A stretch of DNA of 64,000 bases from Myxococcota bacterium (GCA_039028615.1 JBCCHT010000057.1:11156-75155), one strand, 5' to 3'. Shown: positions 8,720 through 20,354, counted from the first letter of the stretch. The notes: a model not told the origin generated them from the sequence alone. Made by a program: numbers and translations.

Positions 8720-10681
8720 TCAGCTCGCGTCGTCGGTGGCGGGGGCGTCCGGGCTCGACTCGGTCGGTTCCGCGTGCTCGGCTCCCTCGGCCGCGGCTTC
8801 GCGTCGGAGCGGGTGCGGCAGCGTCGGCAGGCGCTCGTACTCGCCGCGCTCCATCAGCAGCTCGAGGCCGTCGATGATCAGGGGCGGCGAGGTGACCTGC
8901 ACGTCGACGGTCTGGCTGAGGATGCCGTCCATGCCCACGTCGGATGCGAAGCCGCCGAAGGAGCCCACGGGCAGGCGCAGGCGCTCGGTGTGCTCGGGCT
9001 GGCCGACGGCACGGATGCGTCGGAGCGCCCGGATCGACGCGGGCGCCAAGATGGCCCCTCGCACGAGCGTGCGCTTGCCGCTGGCGTCGACGCGGAAGAC
9101 CCGAGCGGGCAGCGGAAGATCGAGCTTGCCCGTGCCCGCGTAGGCGGCCGCGCTGGACCGCATGACCGAGCCGAGCACGGTGCCGTCGCGCAGGGCCTCG
9201 ACCACGTAGGCGAAGTCGTAGCCGTCCTCGCGGGCGCGCCGAAGCAGCTCGCGCTGTAGACCGGTCGGGTTGAGGCCCCGTTTGCGACTACGAAGCCGCA
9301 GGTTGCTCAGCGCGGGGCCGATCTCGAGCGAGGGGGTCATGCGGGCGCGACCGTTGCTCTGGGTGCCGTGATGGGGGTTGGGCACGCGCGTGAGCAGCAA
9401 GTCCCGCAGGACCCCGGCTTCGACCAAGGTGACCGGCCCGGGCACGAAGCCCTCGATGTCGATGGCGAAGTCGCCGAACCCCTTGGGCTGCGTGGGGTCG
9501 TCGACGAGATCGAGATAGGGCGGCAGCACCGTCTTGCCGACCTTGTTCTGCCACGCGGGCTCGAGGTCCATGACCCGGCCTCCGTCGGCCAGCGGCGCGG
9601 GATAGCCCGAGGCCTCGGTCGCCACCGTGGACGCGAGGAACTGGGCCGGAGCCGCCCCGACCAGCAAGATCGGGCCGTCGTACTCCTCTTCGATCATCGG
9701 CGCGTCGACCTGCTCTTGCAGCTCGCGCAGCACCTGGTCGACGAGCGCCTCGCCCTTGGCCCGCAGCGCATCGTCGATCGCGGGGACGCCCTCGAAGTGC
9801 AGGGCGAGGCCATGGTCGAGGGGCATGCCGTCGGGGGCCTGGGTGTCGGCCACCACCGCCAGCACCGAGCGCTCACGGGTGCGCACCACCACCACGCCAT
9901 CGGAGGTGACCACCGTCTCGTGGCTGCGCAGCACCTGGAAGTGCACGTCGCCGTTGTCGATGGTGGGCGCCTGCTCGAAGCGCCCGGAGAGGTCGGCGAC
10001 CAGCGTCGCGAAGCCGGCCCGGTCGACGTCGTCGCCACGGAACAGCCGATGGTCGTCGACGGGTGCGGGCGCGGGGCCGAGATCGGGCAGCGTCGTCTCG
10101 GTGGACAGCTGCTCGAGCGCGACTTCCTTCTGCGAGTAGGCCACGGTGGCGCCGCGGAAGGCCCGGTCGAGGGCGAGCCAGACCTGCTTGCGGAGGTAGC
10201 GGGGATCGGGATCGACGGGCACGTCGAGCCGGGTGATGCCCGCGTCGCTGCCGAAGAAGTTGCTGTCGTCGCGCTCGGGCGTGCCCACGCGCAGCTCGAC
10301 GATGCCGGCCGCCTGCTGCTGGAGCACGTTGGTGATGACGCCGCCGTAGGAGCCATCGAGGCTGAGCAGCTCGGCGCGGACCCAGCGGGCCTGGGCGCGA
10401 TGCGGGGCCGGGGTGTCGGGCAGGCTCAGGCCTTCGACGCCGCGCACCAGCTCGGCGCGCACGGCCTCGACCTCGTCGAGACGGGCCTTCTTCCATTCTT
10501 CTTCGGTGAGCTCGGGAGCGGCGGGAGCCTCCGTCGCGGCGCTCGAGGCCTCTGCCTCGGGGCTCGCGACCTCCGGGGACGGACTGGCGGGGCTCTGCTC
10601 GGGGGCCGCGGTGGCCTGCCCGGCGGTGCTCATACCCAGCGCGAGCACGAGGGCGGTGGCCAGCTTCGTGGTGCGGTTCAT
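8720..10681 (-). CDS. TldE/PmbA-like non-catalytic subunit with signal peptide
   Basis: YDGPIL, LVDDPT, DIEG, SNGRAR motifs of the TldD/PmbA family; no HExxGH; ATGA overlap with tldD. Confidence 0.8.
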   Translation of the reverse strand: MNRTTKLATALVLALGMSTAGQATAAPEQSPASPSPEVASPEAEASSAATEAPAAPELTEEEWKKARLDEVEAVRAELVRGVEGLSLPDTPAPHRAQARWVRAELLSLDGSYGGVITNVLQQQAAGIVELRVGTPERDDSNFFGSDAGITRLDVPVDPDPRYLRKQVWLALDRAFRGATVAYSQKEVALEQLSTETTLPDLGPAPAPVDDHRLFRGDDVDRAGFATLVADLSGRFEQAPTIDNGDVHFQVLRSHETVVTSDGVVVVRTRERSVLAVVADTQAPDGMPLDHGLALHFEGVPAIDDALRAKGEALVDQVLRELQEQVDAPMIEEEYDGPILLVGAAPAQFLASTVATEASGYPAPLADGGRVMDLEPAWQNKVGKTVLPPYLDLVDDPTQPKGFGDFAIDIEGFVPGPVTLVEAGVLRDLLLTRVPNPHHGTQSNGRARMTPSLEIGPALSNLRLRSRKRGLNPTGLQRELLRRAREDGYDFAYVVEALRDGTVLGSVMRSSAAAYAGTGKLDLPLPARVFRVDASGKRTLVRGAILAPASIRALRRIRAVGQPEHTERLRLPVGSFGGFASDVGMDGILSQTVDVQVTSPPLIIDGLELLMERGEYERLPTLPHPLRREAAAEGAEHAEPTESSPDAPATDDAS

Positions 10682-12504
10682 CGGGACCTCCCGAACGCCG
10701 CGCCTTCACTCGGCGGAGGCAGCAATGGTGGTCGATCGCGGTCGTGGGCCGCCCGCTCGATCTCGATGCTCTCGAGCAGCAGCGAGGGGCTCACCGCGCT
10801 CACGGGCACCCAGCCCGACTCCGCCCCGCACATGCCGTTGAAGATCCCGGGCTGGTCGTCGGTGGCGATGATGGTGTTGAAGGCCGAAAGCGGCGTGCCG
10901 ACGATCTCGACCCCGCGCACCAGCTCGTCGGGGCGGCCCGGCTCGGGGTAGACGCGATAGACGAGCAAGGGCGTGACCCGGAACGCCTGCGGCCCGCTGC
11001 GGTCGGTGATGGTGTAGCCGCCGTCGATGTCGGAGAACACCAGCCCGTAGGGCCGACCCTGGCGCTTGATCTCGGCCACCAGCTGCTGCCGAAGCTCGCG
11101 TCGCGTGTACGACTTGCGCGAGGTGACCACCAGGTTGCCCTGGCGCGCGACCGTTTGATAGCCGGGCTCGCGGCGACCGTGGCCGTTGCTGCGCTTGAAG
11201 GGCAGCACGGGCGAGCGACCGAGCAAGAAGGTCTCGAGCCGACCCCGCTCGACCAGCAGCACTCGCTCGGAGGGCACCCCCTCGTCGTCGATGAAGTAGT
11301 GCCCGGACAGCGGCATGCCACCCAGCGAGCTCACCGTGGGGTCATCGACCACGTCGAGGAACGAGGGCAAGATGCGACGCTCGAGCTTGTTGGTGAAGGT
11401 CTGGCCCTCGAGGTCGTCTTTTTGGCGGTGCCCCTCGAGGCGATGGCCGAAGATCTCGTGGAAGAACACGCCCGCGGCTCGCCCCTCCAAGATGGCGGGC
11501 CCGGTGTAGGGCTCGGCGAGCGGGGCCTCGCGCAGCGCGAGCAGCTCGGCCTGCAGGCGCTCGGCCGCCTCGTTGACCTGCTCGAGGGTGGGGAGCTGAT
11601 CGATGGCGTGGGCCTCGAAGCTCTCGGAGCGCTGCAGCAGCATGCCGTCCTCGGCCTGCGCCTGGGCACCGAGCATGATCCGCAGCCGGGCCCGGCCCGT
11701 CTGCACCCGCGTGCCTTCGGTGTCCACGGTGTAGCGGTTTTGCACCTCGCCGCTCAGGGTGACCGAGCTGCGCAGCACCAGCGGGTCGCTGCCCAAGGTG
11801 GCCGACGCCTGGGCCAGCTTGTCGCGCCAGGCCTCGCGCACCGCCGACAGGTCCATCTCGTGGGCGGGCTCGAGGTGCACGGTGGGCTCCTCGCGGCTGA
11901 AGTCGGGATGGTCGGGGCTCTCATCGTCGCTGCGCAGCTGCTCGCTGCTCTCGACGTCGCGGAGCTTGGTGACCGCCGCCTTGTACTGCGACTCGGTGTC
12001 GAGCCAGATCGCCTGCGCGAGCGACAGCTCGACGTCCTCGAGCGTGACCGGCAGCCCCGAGCCGAGGCCGTTGCCCGGCCCGTAGTCGCCCCCGAGGCTG
12101 TGGCTATTGTCGAGCTGGTAGTCGCCCACCCGCACGTCGATGTCGAGCGTGCGCCGGGCATCCCGATCGTCGCGCATGACGGCGCCGTACTCCGCCGCGA
12201 CATAGAGTTCGTCGATGGCAGTGACCGTGTAGCCCATGTAGTACGCGGGCGGGTCGAGGTCGGGCGCGCTGAGCAGCGCGAAGTTGCGATCGAGCTCGGT
12301 CGAGAGCAGGTCGAGCACGGCGGCGGGCTCGCCCTTCTTGGCCTCGATGCGGTCCATGACGATCCGCGGGCCCCCCTTGCGCTTGCCTCCACCCCACACC
12401 CGGGAATCGGGCGGGTCGCTCTTGCGGGGGTGGCATGCCAACGCGAAGGCACCCGTGAGCGCTCCGGCCAACGCGAGCATACCGAGGGAGCGGAGTCGAA
12501 CCAT
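10678..12504 (-). CDS. tldD: TldD family metalloprotease with predicted lipoprotein signal
   Basis: FFHEIFGHRLEG, DDEG, SNGHGR and C-terminal CGAESG; N-terminus MVRLRSLGMLALAGALTGAFALA-C. An alternative start at 12597 exists. Confidence 0.88.
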   Translation of the reverse strand: MVRLRSLGMLALAGALTGAFALACHPRKSDPPDSRVWGGGKRKGGPRIVMDRIEAKKGEPAAVLDLLSTELDRNFALLSAPDLDPPAYYMGYTVTAIDELYVAAEYGAVMRDDRDARRTLDIDVRVGDYQLDNSHSLGGDYGPGNGLGSGLPVTLEDVELSLAQAIWLDTESQYKAAVTKLRDVESSEQLRSDDESPDHPDFSREEPTVHLEPAHEMDLSAVREAWRDKLAQASATLGSDPLVLRSSVTLSGEVQNRYTVDTEGTRVQTGRARLRIMLGAQAQAEDGMLLQRSESFEAHAIDQLPTLEQVNEAAERLQAELLALREAPLAEPYTGPAILEGRAAGVFFHEIFGHRLEGHRQKDDLEGQTFTNKLERRILPSFLDVVDDPTVSSLGGMPLSGHYFIDDEGVPSERVLLVERGRLETFLLGRSPVLPFKRSNGHGRREPGYQTVARQGNLVVTSRKSYTRRELRQQLVAEIKRQGRPYGLVFSDIDGGYTITDRSGPQAFRVTPLLVYRVYPEPGRPDELVRGVEIVGTPLSAFNTIIATDDQPGIFNGMCGAESGWVPVSAVSPSLLLESIEIERAAHDRDRPPLLPPPSEGAAFGRSR

Positions 12505-12627
12505 TGCGGACAAGGGTAGCCCGGCCACTGGGTCCCGGCTCACCCCTTTTGAACCCGATCTAGGGGGATTTGTTTGCTGGCTCGCGTCCGATGCCACAAA
12601 CGCGGGACGAGGGTAATCTTGGGCCCG

Positions 12628-14508
12628 ATGGCCGCGCCGAAGATTCCGGTCTACACGCCCATCCTCACCCCGGAGGATGCAGCGGCGGTGGAGGCCACGG
12701 TGGCCAGCGGGTGGGTCTCCGGCACGGCGCCGGTCGTCGGGCGGTTCGAGCGGGCCTTCGCCGACTACTGCGGGGCCCGGGGTGGAGCCGCCGTGAACAG
12801 CGGTACGACGGCCCTGGAGGTCGCCCTGATCGCCCTGGGCGTCGGGCCCGGCGACGAGGTCCTCCTCCCCGCGTTGACCATCATTTCATGTGCGCAGGCC
12901 ATCCTCGCCGTGGGCGCGACCCCGGTGCTGGTCGACGTCGACCCGCGTACCTGGGGTCTGGACGTCGACGCGGCCCTTCGCCGGGTCGGGCCCCGGACCC
13001 GCGCCGTCATGGCCGTCCACCTCTTCGGTCACCCGGTAGATCTCGATCGACTGAGACCACTGCGGGACCGCGGGATCGCCTTGCTCGAAGACGCGGCCCA
13101 GGCCATCGGCTCTCGGGTCCGCATCCACGGCGAGTTCGTGCGCTGCGGCAGCGTCGGTGATGCGGCCGCGTTCAGCTTCTACGCCAACAAGAGCATCACC
13201 ACCGGAGAAGGCGGCATGGTGCTGGGCGCGTCCCCGCCGATCGTCGACCGGGCCCGCAGTGCCGCCAACTTGTTCTTCGGCCGGGAGCATCGCTATCGCC
13301 ACGAGGAGCTGGGACGCAGCTACCGAATGAGCGGCATCCAGGCCGCCCTGGGGCTGTCGCAGCTGGCTCGCCTCGATGCGCTGCTCGAGCGCAAGCGGAG
13401 CGTCGACCAGCGCTATCGGGAGAGGCTCGACGATTTCGACCGGGTCTCGTTCATCGAGACCCAGCCCTGGGCCGCGCCCGTGCCTTGGATGGTGGCGGTG
13501 CGGCTTCACGGCGCCGAAGCGTCGGAGGTCCAGCGGCGCCTGGCCGAGCGCGGCATCGACTCCCGGCGGCTCTTCGTCGGCCTGCACGAGCAACCTGCGC
13601 TACGTGGGCGCGGTGTCGATGGAGATCGTGGGTTCGAGGTCACCGAGGCCCTCAGTCGCCACGGCCTGTATCTCCCCTCGTCGCCAGACCTCGACACCGC
13701 GCAGATCGAGCGGGTCTGCGACACGCTGCGGGAGGTGCTGCATCCGTCTACGCGCACCGCCTCGTCTCGGGAGTTCGGCCCGCGCTACGCCTCGGTCTAC
13801 GACGCGATCTATGCCGACAAGCCCTACGCACTGGAGGTCGACCGGGTCCTCGCCGCGCTGGCTCGGTTCGGCGATGCCCCGCCCGCGCGGGTACTCGACC
13901 TGGGGTGCGGTACCGGGCGCCACGCGCAGCTGCTGGCGAAACGGGGCCTCGCCGTCACCGCCGTCGATCGCTCCGAGTCGATGCTGGTCGCGGCCTCCGA
14001 CGAGTCCGAGGTGCGCTTCGTGCAAAGCGACATCGCGGCGCTCTCGCTGGACGTCGAGCCCTTCGATGCTGCGCTGATGATGTTTGCGGTGCTCGGCTAC
14101 CAGGCCACGGACGAGCAGCTGTCGCGCTCTCTGGCCGCCGTGCGGGCCCACCTGCGCCCGGGAGGCTTGTTCGTCGCCGACTTCTGGCTGACGGGCGCGG
14201 TGCTCCAGCAACCTCCCGCCGAGCGAGCGACCCAGTTCACCGCCGACGGGCAGGCGTGGGTACGGCGAGCCCGGCCCCACCACGACCGAGAGCGCAACGT
14301 GGTCACCGTGCACTTCGACCTGGAAGACGAACACGGGGTGACGCAGAGCACCGAGGTCCACCGCGTTCGCCACTTCGACGAGCCACAGCTGCGCGCCGCC
14401 TTGGCGGAGGCCGACCTCGAGCTGGTGCACCTGGGCAACTGGCCCGACATCGACGCCCCACCCACTCACGACGGCTACTCGGCATGCCTGATCGCCCGCG
14501 CGCGCTGA
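12628..14508 (+). CDS. DegT/DnrJ/EryC1/StrS sugar aminotransferase fused to a class I SAM methyltransferase
   Basis: NSGTTAL, EDAAQA, SFYANKSITTGEGG (PLP lysine); then YDAIY and VLDLGCGTG. Confidence 0.9.
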   Translation: MAAPKIPVYTPILTPEDAAAVEATVASGWVSGTAPVVGRFERAFADYCGARGGAAVNSGTTALEVALIALGVGPGDEVLLPALTIISCAQAILAVGATPVLVDVDPRTWGLDVDAALRRVGPRTRAVMAVHLFGHPVDLDRLRPLRDRGIALLEDAAQAIGSRVRIHGEFVRCGSVGDAAAFSFYANKSITTGEGGMVLGASPPIVDRARSAANLFFGREHRYRHEELGRSYRMSGIQAALGLSQLARLDALLERKRSVDQRYRERLDDFDRVSFIETQPWAAPVPWMVAVRLHGAEASEVQRRLAERGIDSRRLFVGLHEQPALRGRGVDGDRGFEVTEALSRHGLYLPSSPDLDTAQIERVCDTLREVLHPSTRTASSREFGPRYASVYDAIYADKPYALEVDRVLAALARFGDAPPARVLDLGCGTGRHAQLLAKRGLAVTAVDRSESMLVAASDESEVRFVQSDIAALSLDVEPFDAALMMFAVLGYQATDEQLSRSLAAVRAHLRPGGLFVADFWLTGAVLQQPPAERATQFTADGQAWVRRARPHHDRERNVVTVHFDLEDEHGVTQSTEVHRVRHFDEPQLRAALAEADLELVHLGNWPDIDAPPTHDGYSACLIARAR

Positions 14509-15263
14509 CCCTGTCGTTGGTGCTGCCCGTCCTGGACGAGGCCGACAACCTTCGCGAGCTGCTGCCGCCGCTGCTCGAACGCGTGCCCCACCTGCACGAG
14601 ATCATCATCGTCGACGACGGGTCGACCGACGGGTCCGGGGCGCTGGTGGAGACAATGGCGAAGTCCGACCCGAGGCTCCGCTGGCTCGCCCGAAACGGGG
14701 CTCCGTCGCTGACGGACTCGCTTCGCGAAGGGTTCGCCGCCGCCACGGGAGACCTCATCGGCTGGATGGATGCGGACGGCACCATGCCGATCGCCGACCT
14801 TCACCGCCTCGCCGAGGCGGTTCGGGACGGAGCCGCGCTCGCGGTGGGCTCCCGGTTCGTCCCCGGCGGCGGCATCAAGGGCGAGCTCGACGGCGGGCGT
14901 ATGGCCGCGCTCTTGCGGGTCGGTCGCTCCCGCGACCCGGTCCTGCCCGTGCTGCTCAGCTGGGCCCTCAATACCGTCGTGGTCCCCGTGATCGTCCGCG
15001 ACGGGGTGCACGACTACACCAGCGGCTTCGCGGTGGGGCGGCGAGAGGTGGTGCAGGGCTTCGAGCTTCGCGGGCGCCACGGAGAGTACTTCGTGAGCCT
15101 CTTCGCCCAGGCCCGACGACGAGGACACGAGGTCGTCGAGCTGCCCTACCGCGCCCGCCCGCGCACGACCGGGCAATCCAAGAGCGTCGGTCGCTGGATG
15201 GACTACGTCACCCGCGGTCGCCAGTACCTGGGCGCGGCGTGGGCCGCCCGCGACCTGGCCTAG
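14484..15263 (+). CDS. GT2 glycosyltransferase, polyprenol-phosphate glycosyltransferase-like
   Basis: SLVLPVLDEADNL, VDDGSTDG, MDADG, GSRF, DYTSGF. This is the C-terminal part of track ORF 13485..15263. Confidence 0.88.
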   Translation: MPDRPRALTLSLVLPVLDEADNLRELLPPLLERVPHLHEIIIVDDGSTDGSGALVETMAKSDPRLRWLARNGAPSLTDSLREGFAAATGDLIGWMDADGTMPIADLHRLAEAVRDGAALAVGSRFVPGGGIKGELDGGRMAALLRVGRSRDPVLPVLLSWALNTVVVPVIVRDGVHDYTSGFAVGRREVVQGFELRGRHGEYFVSLFAQARRRGHEVVELPYRARPRTTGQSKSVGRWMDYVTRGRQYLGAAWAARDLA

Positions 15264-15269
15264 GCCCGC

Positions 15270-16250
15270 TCAGCGCTCGACGACGACGCGGTCCTGCCAC
15301 GGCCAGCGGTGACCGTTTTCGGCGAACCACCGCACCGTGCGCTCGAGCCCCTCTTTGAGGGACACCTTGGGCGCCCACCCCGTCGCCTCGCGGAGCAACG
15401 TGGAGTCGGCCTGCAGGTGATCGATGTCGTTGTGCCGATAGCGGGTGTCGTCGACCTCGAGCTCGAGCTTGCCGCCCATGATCTCGGCCACGTACTCGGC
15501 CACCTCGCGCACGCTGTGGCTGTGATTCGACCCGATGTTGACGGCCTGGCCGGCCGCGATGGCCGACGAGTTCATCGTGGCGATGAGGGCACGCCCCGTG
15601 TCTTGGACGTAGGTGTAGTCGCGCCGCGCATCGACATTGCCCAGGCGAATCGGCCCGCCCAGGTGGTGCTGCCGAATGATCTCGGGGATCACGTAGGGCT
15701 CGGTCTCCCGCGGGCCGTAGCAGTTGAACAGCCGGGCGACGACGACCGGGATGCCGTGCTCCCGATGCAGGGTGAAGCTGACCCGGTCGGCGGCGAGCTT
15801 GCTGACCGCGTAGGTGTTGGCGGCCGACAGCGGGTGCGTCTCGGTCAGCGGCACCGCGCCCGGGTTGCCGTAGACCTCGGCCGTGCTGGCGTAGACGATG
15901 CGCTCGACCTCGTACTCCCGGCACGCCATCAGCAGATTCAGGTGCCCCTCGAGGTTCACCCGGATGAATCGCCGCGGCATGTCGTACGCGGTCGGCACGT
16001 AGGTCTCGCCGACGAGGTTGAAGACGCGCTCGGGTCGGTACTGCTTGAAGGCCGAGAGCACGCACCATTCGTCGAGCAGATCGACCGTCACCACGTCGAT
16101 TTCGGAGCGCAGGTGGGCGAGGTTGGCTCGGGTGCCGGTCTGAAAGTTGTCGAAGACGACGACTCGGGCGCCTTCGCGAACCAGCTCTTCGACCAGCGAT
16201 GATCCGACGAAGCCAGCACCCCCGGCGACCAATACCCTCGTGCCTCGCAT
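15270..16250 (-). CDS. NDP-sugar dehydratase/epimerase (extended SDR)
   Basis: GGAGFVGS, STAEVYG, YAVSK, RLFNCYGP, RDYTYV. Confidence 0.92.
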   Translation of the reverse strand: MRGTRVLVAGGAGFVGSSLVEELVREGARVVVFDNFQTGTRANLAHLRSEIDVVTVDLLDEWCVLSAFKQYRPERVFNLVGETYVPTAYDMPRRFIRVNLEGHLNLLMACREYEVERIVYASTAEVYGNPGAVPLTETHPLSAANTYAVSKLAADRVSFTLHREHGIPVVVARLFNCYGPRETEPYVIPEIIRQHHLGGPIRLGNVDARRDYTYVQDTGRALIATMNSSAIAAGQAVNIGSNHSHSVREVAEYVAEIMGGKLELEVDDTRYRHNDIDHLQADSTLLREATGWAPKVSLKEGLERTVRWFAENGHRWPWQDRVVVER

Positions 16251-16476
16251 CTCGCCTTCGGCATCCAATATACTCCATCCCGAACGGGCGTCGCCAGGCA
16301 CCGAGCGGGCGTGAACCACGTTTCGAGCCGGGGACACCACGCTGCGAGACCGGCACGCAACGCAGCCAGCCCCGCGCAGAACACGGATTCACGGGCCCGC
16401 TACGGGAGCTGCGGTCTCCGGCTGCATCCTCGCCGCACCGCGCGCGGTTCTCCGCGGAGCTTGCTCTACGACTCGA

Positions 16477-17436
16477 TCAGCGGGGGTCCACGCCGTCACC
16501 CGACGACGCGGCCGAAGCCTCGCCCATGCGTCGCGCTCGGAGCCGCGAGAGCGCAGGCATGAAGGCTAGGCCCACCACGACCTGTGCCAACGCACTGCCA
16601 GCGGCCAGTGCGATCCCGGCCGAGACCAGGCTACCCAGCTGCTGTGCATTCACGGCGGTGCCGAGCAAGGCGAACGCGGTGAGGTCACGGGCCCCGATGC
16701 CGTGCGGCACCAGGGGCACCGCGCTGACCAGCGCGAGCACGGGCATCACCGCCATGGTCTCCGCGAACGAGAACTCGAGGCCAAAGAACGCGTAGGCGAT
16801 CCACAGCTCGGCGATGGCCAGCGCCATCATGGGCAGCCGCAGCAGCATGAGGGCGACCTGCGTGGTCACCCCGATCTGCTGGAGCTTGGCGAACACCCGC
16901 AGCCGCGACAGCACGGCGGGCGGCCGCAACAAGACCACGCCGTACAGCGACGCCGCCACCAGGCACCCGATCACCCCGGCCGTCAGCCACCCCGGCGCAT
17001 CCAACAACGCCACGGGCACGATGCCCAAGCCCACCAGCGCCCCGAGGGTCGTGCCGTAGCAGACCAAGGTCGTGGCCACGACGTCGGTGACCCCGGCCCC
17101 GCACACGCGAACCAGGAGCCAGCCCACCTGCGCCTGCCCCAAGTGGACATGAATCGCGCCGCCGAGATGAGCGGCGCCCCGCACCACCAGGTACTCCGAG
17201 CGCTTCAGGTCGGGCGCCGCGTGGCGATGGGTGGGCACCGCCGAGAGGCTGTCGAGCAGCAGGTTGAGCAGCGCAACGCCGACGCAGAACACGGCGTAGA
17301 GCAGCGGGTCGACCGTACGCAGCGCCGCGAGGACCGCATCGCCGGACACGCTGCTCACCACCCACGCCACCGCCGACAGCCCCAGCACCCACTGCAGGAC
17401 CAGCGCGCCACGGCCACCCGCCCGGCGCGTGATCAT
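16477..17436 (-). CDS. Polytopic membrane protein, lysylphosphatidylglycerol-synthase-TM/flippase-like (UPF0104)
   Basis: About 8 hydrophobic segments; VPLVPHGIGARD resembles the family's P..P.G.G.RE motif. Confidence 0.7.
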   Translation of the reverse strand: MITRRAGGRGALVLQWVLGLSAVAWVVSSVSGDAVLAALRTVDPLLYAVFCVGVALLNLLLDSLSAVPTHRHAAPDLKRSEYLVVRGAAHLGGAIHVHLGQAQVGWLLVRVCGAGVTDVVATTLVCYGTTLGALVGLGIVPVALLDAPGWLTAGVIGCLVAASLYGVVLLRPPAVLSRLRVFAKLQQIGVTTQVALMLLRLPMMALAIAELWIAYAFFGLEFSFAETMAVMPVLALVSAVPLVPHGIGARDLTAFALLGTAVNAQQLGSLVSAGIALAAGSALAQVVVGLAFMPALSRLRARRMGEASAASSGDGVDPR

Positions 17437-17548
17437 CGTGGCGGCATCATCGGCGGAGCGGGGCACGGGGATTGCCCAGGATACCGCGCTTTTCGCAGGG
17501 TCGGGTCGCAGGCGCCCTGCGGGGAGGATGGCGCCGGCCGTCGCCGCG

Positions 17549-18844
17549 CTACAGCTCTTCGCGGAAGTCGAGCACCACTGGGTACCGGCCCTGAATCAGC
17601 GACAGCTCGGCCGCCGCCTCGGGCTCGCAGTGCAGGGTCTCCTCGAGCACGGCCGAGCTGGCGAAGTTGATGATCTCCCAGCCCTCGGGGTCGGGCACGA
17701 AGCTGTCGTCGCACTGGAACAGCGCGCCCGCGAACACGGTGCCGCAGACATCGTAGGCCTGGGCGATCTCGACGATGTTGTCCCCGCTGTCGTTGGACAG
17801 CGAGCACAGCCCGGAGAACGCGAGGTGACCCGTGTTGGCGATCCCCACCAGGCGTTTGCGCGGGGGCGTGGCGTCGTAGCCCGCGGTCTGGCTGGAGAAC
17901 GCGACCACGCTGTCGGCCAGGGCCCCGAGCACCAGGCTGGACTCGACCACGGGTCCGTCCTCGACCCCGCCCGCGGCCATCGGGATGATCACCTGGGCAT
18001 CGGTGCCCGTGCCCGACACGGCATTGCCGCCCGCGCTGTGGCCCGACGTGGCGATGCGGGTGCTGTCGATGCGATCGCCGAGGTCCTCGAGCCCGGGGAT
18101 CTCACCCCGCACCGCCGACAGCATGATGCCCAAGTCGCCCTGGAGGTCCTGCGGGACCATGCCCGCGCCGCAGGCGATGCCGAGCAGGTCGGCCATGTAC
18201 AGGCCGGGGTGGTCGGCCGCCATCACCACGAAGCCGCGGCTGGCCCAGTGCTCCATCTGCGGCAACGACTGGGTGCGGAAGCCGGCCGTGCCGTGCACGA
18301 ACAGGATGACGGGATAGGGCCCGTTGTCGCCGTCGATGGGCACGTCGCGGTAGCAGTCGCAGTTCTGCCAGGGATTGTCCTCGTCGGGGATGAGCCCCTG
18401 CTCGGACTCGGGCAAGAACTCGCGGACGTCGTAGACGACCGGGTCGACGCCCGCCTCGGATCCGGGCGCGGCCGGGTACCAGACCTCGACGGTGAGGCCA
18501 TCGAGGTCGACGGTTCGCGCCCCGACCTCCCAGGGCCCGCGCTGCGCCGTGTCGGCCGGGCGCGGGGGCAAGGTCACCCCTTCGCAGCTGCCCATCAGCT
18601 CGGCTCCGCCACCGTCGGTGCCGGTCGAGTCCACACCGTCATCGCTCGAGTCGACGTCGGTGCCCGGGGTGGGCTCACCCGTGGAGTCGGCCGCTTCGGT
18701 GGTCGCCACCGAGGTCGCGGCGGTCGAGCCCGCCATCTCGGTTTCGCCTTCGGTGCCCGCCGGGCTCGAGTCGTCGCCACAGGCCCCGAGCACGAGTGCC
18801 ACTGCCACGCCCCAGATCTGCTTCGTACCGCGTTTCATCCTCAA
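17549..18844 (-). CDS. Alpha/beta hydrolase lipoprotein (PAF-acetylhydrolase/chlorophyllase-like)
   Basis: Lipobox LGA-C; VWYP, PVILFVHG, WASRGFVV, GHSAG nucleophile elbow, GHLAF. Confidence 0.87.
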   Translation of the reverse strand: MRMKRGTKQIWGVAVALVLGACGDDSSPAGTEGETEMAGSTAATSVATTEAADSTGEPTPGTDVDSSDDGVDSTGTDGGGAELMGSCEGVTLPPRPADTAQRGPWEVGARTVDLDGLTVEVWYPAAPGSEAGVDPVVYDVREFLPESEQGLIPDEDNPWQNCDCYRDVPIDGDNGPYPVILFVHGTAGFRTQSLPQMEHWASRGFVVMAADHPGLYMADLLGIACGAGMVPQDLQGDLGIMLSAVRGEIPGLEDLGDRIDSTRIATSGHSAGGNAVSGTGTDAQVIIPMAAGGVEDGPVVESSLVLGALADSVVAFSSQTAGYDATPPRKRLVGIANTGHLAFSGLCSLSNDSGDNIVEIAQAYDVCGTVFAGALFQCDDSFVPDPEGWEIINFASSAVLEETLHCEPEAAAELSLIQGRYPVVLDFREEL

Positions 18845-19058
18845 TCTCCCTCACCTACGTAGGTCTCCGGTGTACCACTGCGACGCGGCGCCGTCATGCG
18901 TCACCGCGTCGACGAGCGCCACGATCCGGGACGGTCAACGAGCCGAGCGTCGCCACCACGCGCCCGGCGAACGCAGCCGTGGACGTAGTCGGTCGCCCGT
19001 GCCCCGGGTTCAATATGCAACGAGCACGGGCGAGCGAGACTGCGGTACGGGCGACGAG

Positions 19059-20204
<1,146 letters not shown>

Positions 20205-20354
20205 GGGCAGGCGGCAGCCTATCAAGTGCACCCAGGCCACGAACCCGGCTTTGTGTCGCGATGAGCGGGTACGCGCTTGCACCGCGCTTCTGACCGCTCG
20301 TATCCTCTGTAATGGGTAGCCCGTCATCCGTCCCACCAGGGATGCGGGCGCGCC

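Noticed and set aside
13485..14483. Long N-terminal extension of the GT2
   Set aside because: Off-frame overlap with the aminotransferase-methyltransferase gene.
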